From Christensenellales bacterium (GTDB taxonomy: Bacteria; Bacillota; Clostridia; Christensenellales; UBA1431), in assembly GCA_040772545.1 (NCBI GenBank), contig JAXGXY010000002.1:82841-146840 (forward strand): a stretch of 64,000 nt of DNA, written 5' to 3'. The translations under genes and the position numbers were made by a program. Positions 59,170 through 64,000 of this stretch are shown here, in pieces. Below the pieces are notes generated by a model. The model made no database searches. It saw only the letters and a list, made by a program, of their open reading frames with translations, and was not told the DNA's origin. How positions within the stretch are numbered: position 1 is the stretch's first letter; each line of letters opens with the position of its first letter.

Positions 59170-60321
59170 ATGAAATGGAACAAGGACAAAACGAGCTATA
59201 TCCTCTGCGCCCTGCTCGTGGCCTTCGCCCTGTTTGCGCCGTCGCTCATCGGGCCGCAGGTCAACCGCGACCGCTACCAGGAATGGATAGAGCCCACGCC
59301 GCCCGTATGGCAGGGGCAGCTATCGCTCTGGGCCGTATCGGGGTTCCCCGTCGGCCAGAACACGCTGGGCGGCTGGGTGCGCGAACGGGTGCGGGAGTTC
59401 GAGAAGGCCGCGTTCGGCGTGTACGTCGACGTCCGTGCGATGCGGTCCGAGGAAGCGAAGGCCGCGCTTGACGCAGGCGAAAAGCCGGACGTGATCGTCT
59501 TTCCCACGGGGTTTTTCGATTCGCCCGGCATGCTCCTTCCCCTCGACGCGCCGTCGGGGCTGAACGCGGCGCTCGCCGACTCGGGGAAAGAAGGCGCGAA
59601 GACCTACGCGCTCCCGGTGATGTCGGGCGCGTACGTCCTGGCCGTGAACGAGGAACTGGGCATTTTGGCGGGAGTCATGCCGCCGGAGGACATCGGCTAC
59701 GGTCCGCCGGAAGTCGCCCGGATGGCCGGGGCGGAGGGCGGCTCGCTCTGCGCGGATGAGACCGATTATTCGAACCCGTCGCTCGCGTTCGCGTATGCGC
59801 TGGCCGAGGACGGGGAGGCGGCCGTAAAAGCCCTCGAAAGAACAAGAGGCGCCGGAATCTTCTACAGCGGGAACGGCCTGTTATGCCTGGGGAACCAGAA
59901 CACGGCCGCCACGGCGCGGTCCAACTACGAGAACGGGGAAGGGTTCAGCTGCGCGTTCTGGGCGCTGTCCGGGTTTACGGACATGGTGCAGTACGTGGGC
60001 GTAGTGAGCGGCCAGCCCGCTGCGAAGGCGGAAATCTGCGCGCAGCTGGCACGGAGCTTCGTTTCCGAAGAGGCGCAAAGAAGCGTGAAGGGCATTGCCA
60101 TGTTCCCCGTCCTTCAGGGCGGCGAGCCGCTCTACGAGGACGACCAGCGCTTCTGGGCGGCGGAACAGGCGTTTGTGCGCGACACGGCGGCGCCCCCCTG
60201 CTTCGGGTACGCAAGGGTGCGCGCGCGATGGGAAGAGTGGTTGCAAAAGGCGGCAAGAGGGGATAAGGAAGCGCTTAAGTCCCTGGTGAGGGACATGCGC
60301 GCGACCTGTAAACAGGGATAG
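59170..60321 (+). CDS. hypothetical membrane-anchored extracytoplasmic protein
   Basis: 383 aa. N-terminal anchor 'YILCALLVAFALFAP'. No motif recognised; loosely solute-binding-protein-like. Confidence 0.55.
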   Translation: MKWNKDKTSYILCALLVAFALFAPSLIGPQVNRDRYQEWIEPTPPVWQGQLSLWAVSGFPVGQNTLGGWVRERVREFEKAAFGVYVDVRAMRSEEAKAALDAGEKPDVIVFPTGFFDSPGMLLPLDAPSGLNAALADSGKEGAKTYALPVMSGAYVLAVNEELGILAGVMPPEDIGYGPPEVARMAGAEGGSLCADETDYSNPSLAFAYALAEDGEAAVKALERTRGAGIFYSGNGLLCLGNQNTAATARSNYENGEGFSCAFWALSGFTDMVQYVGVVSGQPAAKAEICAQLARSFVSEEAQRSVKGIAMFPVLQGGEPLYEDDQRFWAAEQAFVRDTAAPPCFGYARVRARWEEWLQKAARGDKEALKSLVRDMRATCKQG

Positions 60322-60370
60322 ACCGGCGTTGACCTTACCCCTGACGGATGAAAGTGCAAAGGACGGTGCC

Positions 60371-61288
60371 ATGCAGACAGAACGTGCATATCAGGCGCTG
60401 CTCTCGGCGATAGGCGATCCGAAGCGCGTCTTGCGGGACGAGCCTATGGACCGGCACACGTCGTTTCGGATCGGCGGCCCGGCCGACGTCATGGTCTTTG
60501 CCGGGAGCGCAGACGAGATCGCGGACACACTCGCCGTCTGCCGGGCGCACGGGGTGCCCGTGACCGTCGTCGGGAACGGCACGAACCTGCTGGTGCGCGA
60601 CGGGGGCATCCGCGGCGTCGTCCTCAGGGTCGGCAAGGGTTTTTGCCGCGTCGCCGCCGAGGGGACGCGGGTGCGGGCGCAGGCAGGCGTGCCCGTTTCC
60701 GCGCTGGCGAACCAGACGCTTTCAAAGGGGCTGGCCGGACTGGAGTTCGCCTGCGGGATACCGGGGACGCTGGGCGGCGCGGTGATGATGAACGCGGGGG
60801 CCTACGGCGGCGAGATCGCGGACTGCCTCACGCGCGTATGGTACATGGACAGAAGCGGAGGCACCGGGACCAGGGCCGTCGGGGAGGAAGACCTCGGCTA
60901 CCGGAGGAGCGTGTTCGCCGACGAAGGCCTGATCGTGCTCGAAGCGGAGTTCGTGCTGAGGGAGGACGAGGACGGCTGGGCGCAGGAGCGCGCGCGGGAG
61001 ATCGGCGCAAAGCGCAGCGCGAAACAGCCCCTGAACGTCCCCAGCGCCGGCAGCACGTTCAAACGCCCGGCCTGCGGGTACGCCTCGCGGCTGATCGACG
61101 CCGCCGGGCTCAAGGGGCTCCGGGTAGGGGGCGCGCAGGTGTCCGAGCTTCATGCGGGGTTCATCGTCAACACGGGCGGCGCGACTGCAAAGGACGTCCT
61201 CGAGCTGGCCGACGCCGTGCGCGCGCGCGTGAAGGAGGCGTCCGGCGTCGGGCTGGAACTCGAGATAAAGGTCCTGGGGGAACCATAA
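60371..61288 (+). CDS. murB: UDP-N-acetylmuramate dehydrogenase
   Basis: 'HTSFRIGGPADV', 'VVGNGTNLLV.D.GIRG', 'PSAGSTFKRP' are MurB motifs. Confidence 0.92.
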   Translation: MQTERAYQALLSAIGDPKRVLRDEPMDRHTSFRIGGPADVMVFAGSADEIADTLAVCRAHGVPVTVVGNGTNLLVRDGGIRGVVLRVGKGFCRVAAEGTRVRAQAGVPVSALANQTLSKGLAGLEFACGIPGTLGGAVMMNAGAYGGEIADCLTRVWYMDRSGGTGTRAVGEEDLGYRRSVFADEGLIVLEAEFVLREDEDGWAQERAREIGAKRSAKQPLNVPSAGSTFKRPACGYASRLIDAAGLKGLRVGGAQVSELHAGFIVNTGGATAKDVLELADAVRARVKEASGVGLELEIKVLGEP

Positions 61289-61326
61289 ACGAAAGGACAG
61301 ATAAAAACGTCGCAAGACGGATTATA

Positions 61327-62079
61327 ATGAGAATAACGGCAGACTACCACACGCATACGACTTTCAGCCACGGCAGGGGCAGCGTGGAGGACAATGTGCG
61401 CGCCGCTATCGGCCGCGGCCTGACGGCGATCGGGATCACGGACCACGGCCCGGGCCATGTCTTCTTCGGTTTGAGGCCGGGGAAGCTCCCGCTCCTCAGG
61501 GAGCAGGTCGACACGCTTAACGAAAAATACGCGGGACGGATCCGCGTGCTGATGGGCGTAGAGGCCAACATCACCGGGCTTGACGGGACCATCGACATAC
61601 CTGACGGCCTGATAGGGAACTTCGATTACCTGCTCGCGGGGTACCACCGCACGGCGCGGCTTTTAGACATTGGGACGCTTTGGCATTTTTTCGCAGCCAA
61701 TTTTTCGCGCGGCGAAAAACGGGTGCAAAAGAGCACGGAGGCCTTCGTGCGGGCGATGGAAAGGTACCCTATCGCCTGCATCACCCATCCCGGGAGCATG
61801 ATCGGCCTCGATATGGACATGCTGGGGGAAGCGGCCGCGCGCACGGGCACGGCGATCGAGATAAGCGCGAGGCACGGCCTGCTCCCGGCCGGGGAGTTGA
61901 GGCGCCTGAAGGAAAGGGGCGCGCCGTTCATGATAAACAGCGACGCCCACCGACCAAGCGAGGTGGGGGATTTTTCCCGGCAGATCGAACTGGCGGCCGG
62001 CGCCAGGGTCACCGAAGCCGACGTAATCAACGCCGAGGGCGGCGGGCGCGGGATGCGGATGGCCCGGCCCATGGAATAA
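61327..62079 (+). CDS. PHP domain-containing phosphoesterase (histidinol-phosphatase family)
   Basis: 'DYHTHTTFSHG', 'IGITDHGPGH', 'ITHPG', 'NSDAHRP'. C-terminal 250 codons of the 478-aa ORF. Confidence 0.85.
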   Translation: MRITADYHTHTTFSHGRGSVEDNVRAAIGRGLTAIGITDHGPGHVFFGLRPGKLPLLREQVDTLNEKYAGRIRVLMGVEANITGLDGTIDIPDGLIGNFDYLLAGYHRTARLLDIGTLWHFFAANFSRGEKRVQKSTEAFVRAMERYPIACITHPGSMIGLDMDMLGEAAARTGTAIEISARHGLLPAGELRRLKERGAPFMINSDAHRPSEVGDFSRQIELAAGARVTEADVINAEGGGRGMRMARPME

Positions 62080-62102
62080 GCATACGAGGAGGCTTATGCA
62101 TA

Positions 62103-62969
62103 ATGGATCTCGTCATAGTCACCGGGCTGTCGGGCGCCGGACGGACACAGGCCCTTAGAAACCTCGAGGACATCGGCTATTTCTGCATGGACAACCTGCC
62201 TCCCGGCATGATCACCGACTTCGTCGACATGTGCGAACGGAAGGACTCGGGGATAAAAAAGGCAGCGATCGCCGTGGACAGCCGTTCGGGCGACTTCTTC
62301 AGCACTATTTACGACAACCTGAACACCCTTGAGAAGATGGGCGTGAAGGTGCGCATCCTGTTCATGGACGCGAACGACGAGGTGCTGATCCGGCGGTTCA
62401 ACGAGACGCGGCGCCAGCATCCGATGGCGCCGACCGGGCGCGTCGTGGAGGGGATCGAACGCGAGCGCCGGCTCATGCAGCCGCTCAAGGAACGCGCCTA
62501 CCTGGTGCTGGACACCAGCGTGTTCTCGGTCAAAAAGCTCCGTTCGGTGATAAGAGAGGTATTCTTCGAAGAGGGCATGGACGAGAGGGTGCTGGTATCG
62601 GTGGCGACGTTCGGTTTCAAGCGCGGCATCCCGACCGACGCCGACATGGTCTTCGACGTGCGGTTTTTGCCCAACCCCTTTTATATCGCGGAACTCAAGG
62701 ACCATTCGGGCATCGACGAGGACGTTGCCGGTTACATATTCTCCTTCGAACAGACGAAGGTGTTCCTGCAAAAGCTGGTGGACATGATCGAGTACCTGCT
62801 GCCGTATTATCTGAAAGAGGATAAGAACCGGCTGGTGATCGCGATCGGCTGTACCGGCGGCATGCACAGGTCGGTCGCGATCGCGGAGGCGCTTATTAGA
62901 GAGCTCAGGTCGAAGGGCATCTGCGTATCGATCGCCCACCGGGACCTGGTTAAGGACGCGCCGGAATAA
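62103..62969 (+). CDS. rapZ: RNase adapter protein RapZ
   Basis: ATG 62103 after GAGGAGG. 'VIVTGLSGAGRTQALRNLEDIGYFCMDNLP', 'DVRFLPNPFY', 'IGCTGGMHRSV'. Confidence 0.93.
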   Translation: MDLVIVTGLSGAGRTQALRNLEDIGYFCMDNLPPGMITDFVDMCERKDSGIKKAAIAVDSRSGDFFSTIYDNLNTLEKMGVKVRILFMDANDEVLIRRFNETRRQHPMAPTGRVVEGIERERRLMQPLKERAYLVLDTSVFSVKKLRSVIREVFFEEGMDERVLVSVATFGFKRGIPTDADMVFDVRFLPNPFYIAELKDHSGIDEDVAGYIFSFEQTKVFLQKLVDMIEYLLPYYLKEDKNRLVIAIGCTGGMHRSVAIAEALIRELRSKGICVSIAHRDLVKDAPE

Positions 62970-62982
62970 GAGGTGAGCTACG

Positions 62983-63933
62983 CTGTCGTTCGCATCGGAC
63001 GTAAAGGACGAACTGCTCGGCGTCAGACCCGCGCATAAATCCGAGCAGATAGCAGAGCTTTCCGCGCTGTTGCATGTCACGGGGTCGCTCGGGCTCACTG
63101 GCTCGAAGATGAGCATCGTGGTCCACACCGAACACCCCGGCGTCGCGCGGCGCGTCTTGTCGCTGCTGCACGGGCTGTACGCGATCGAGACCGAGATACG
63201 GGTATCCAGGCGGAAGCGGCTTCAAAAAAGGCGGGGCTACAGCGTATACGTCAGGGGCGAAACGCTCGGCATACTGCGGGACACCGGCCTTATAAACAGC
63301 AGGGACACGCTGCCGACGAAGTTCGTGCGGCGCATACGGCGCTCGATCGTGCGCAACGGAATAGGGCGCAGGGCGTTTTTGCGCGGCGCGTTCCTCGGGG
63401 CGGGGTCCCTGAGCAATCCGGAGCGCGCGTACCACCTCGAGTTCGTGATCCATCAGGAGGAATTCGCGCATGACCTGTGCCGCCTCATCTGCGGCGAAGG
63501 CCTGGGCGCGCGCGTGATACGCCGCAAGGGCAGTTACGTCGTCTACATCAAGGAAGGCGAGCACATCGCCGACCTGCTGGCGATGATGGGGGCGTACAAC
63601 GCGATCCTCAACATGGAGAACGTGCGCATCATAAAGCAGATGCGCAACGACGTGAACCGGGCGATCAACTGCGAGACCGCCAACCTCGACAAAACGCTCA
63701 ACGCTTCGTACAAACAGATCGAGAACATACGCTATATCCAGCAAACGGTCGGAATGGAAGCGCTCCCGGAGCCGCTGAGGGAAGTCGCGCGGTTGAGGCT
63801 GGAAAACGAGGACGCCACGCTTTCCGATCTGGTCAGGCTCACCGGAGGCTCGGTCGGCCGCAGCGGGATAAACCACCGGCTGAGGCGCATAAACAGGTTT
63901 GCTCAGGAACTCCGCGACGAAAGGGGAGGATGA
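62983..63933 (+). CDS. whiA: DNA-binding protein WhiA, probable CTG initiation
   Basis: The conserved N-terminus 'LSFASDVKDELL...AELSALL' lies upstream of the first ATG/GTG/TTG (63070). In-frame TGA at 62974-62976. Only GCT-ACG-CTG remain, and AGAGGTGA sits 6 nt before the CTG. C-terminal HTH region present. Confidence 0.8.
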   Translation: MSFASDVKDELLGVRPAHKSEQIAELSALLHVTGSLGLTGSKMSIVVHTEHPGVARRVLSLLHGLYAIETEIRVSRRKRLQKRRGYSVYVRGETLGILRDTGLINSRDTLPTKFVRRIRRSIVRNGIGRRAFLRGAFLGAGSLSNPERAYHLEFVIHQEEFAHDLCRLICGEGLGARVIRRKGSYVVYIKEGEHIADLLAMMGAYNAILNMENVRIIKQMRNDVNRAINCETANLDKTLNASYKQIENIRYIQQTVGMEALPEPLREVARLRLENEDATLSDLVRLTGGSVGRSGINHRLRRINRFAQELRDERGG

Positions 63934-63934
63934 T

Positions 63935-64000
63935 ATGACCAGGAAGGTGCTGGTTATACGGGCAAAAGAGGGCCTGAGAGGAAGGAACGCCGAGCTTTTC
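63935..64000 (+). CDS. HPr-family phosphocarrier protein (Crh-like), 5' part; continues beyond window
   Basis: ATG 63935 after GGAGGA. 'MTRKVLVIRAKEGLRGRNAELF' resembles the HPr 'GLHARPA' region. The position after whiA is as in Bacillus. Confidence 0.6.
   Translation, partial: MTRKVLVIRAKEGLRGRNAELF

Noticed and set aside
60643-61326. N-terminal extensions of the ORFs containing the PHP-domain gene (60643-) and rapZ (61680-).
   Set aside because: Arg/Gly-rich shadow translation over murB and the PHP gene. Good RBS plus ATG at 61327 and 62103 match the family N-termini.

Overview
High-GC Bacillota (Clostridia-like, spore-forming) chromosomal segment; most long ORFs antisense to real genes are GC-driven shadow ORFs. 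Left to right: a cell-envelope sugar locus (GT4 fragment, rfbD-rfbB-rfbA-rfbC, a UDP-glucuronate-epimerase-like gene, an unusual 1,091-aa acyl-adenylate ligase/ACP/alpha-oxoamine-synthase fusion, galE); housekeeping genes (DegV, beta-CASP MBL nuclease, HAD, NlpC/P60 hydrolase, pgsA, T-box(Val)-valS-folC); tRNA-Val; a complete rRNA operon (16S, tRNA-Ile, 23S, 5S, tRNA-Asn) with greatly expanded spacers and an apparently truncated tRNA-Ala; an AT-richer islet (SDR plus frameshifted TetR); metabolic genes (GDPD, DegV, aspartate aminotransferase, citrate/homocitrate-synthase-like, thrC, trpS); then the cotJA-cotJB-cotJC spore-coat operon; then DUF5685/J-protein, FHA-FtsW-PBP2, uvrC, and hprK-glcK-murB-rapZ-whiA-HPr-like. 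Main finding: cotJC is split in frame by a 6,972-bp intervening element. The element has a SprA-like large serine recombinase at one edge, reconstructable attP/attB sites, and non-phage cargo (amino-acid ABC transporter, SleB-like hydrolase). This is the architecture of the skin and SPbeta sporulation elements. Second: a modular four-hairpin repeat family occurs 5 times in the window. Its stems co-vary, and two copies are bracketed by locus-specific duplications of a whole terminator hairpin. Third: the tri-domain ligase-ACP-AOS fusion packs the acyl-ACP-synthetase/ACP/SPT trio into one polypeptide. All calls come from reading the sequence and translations by eye; no searches were run.
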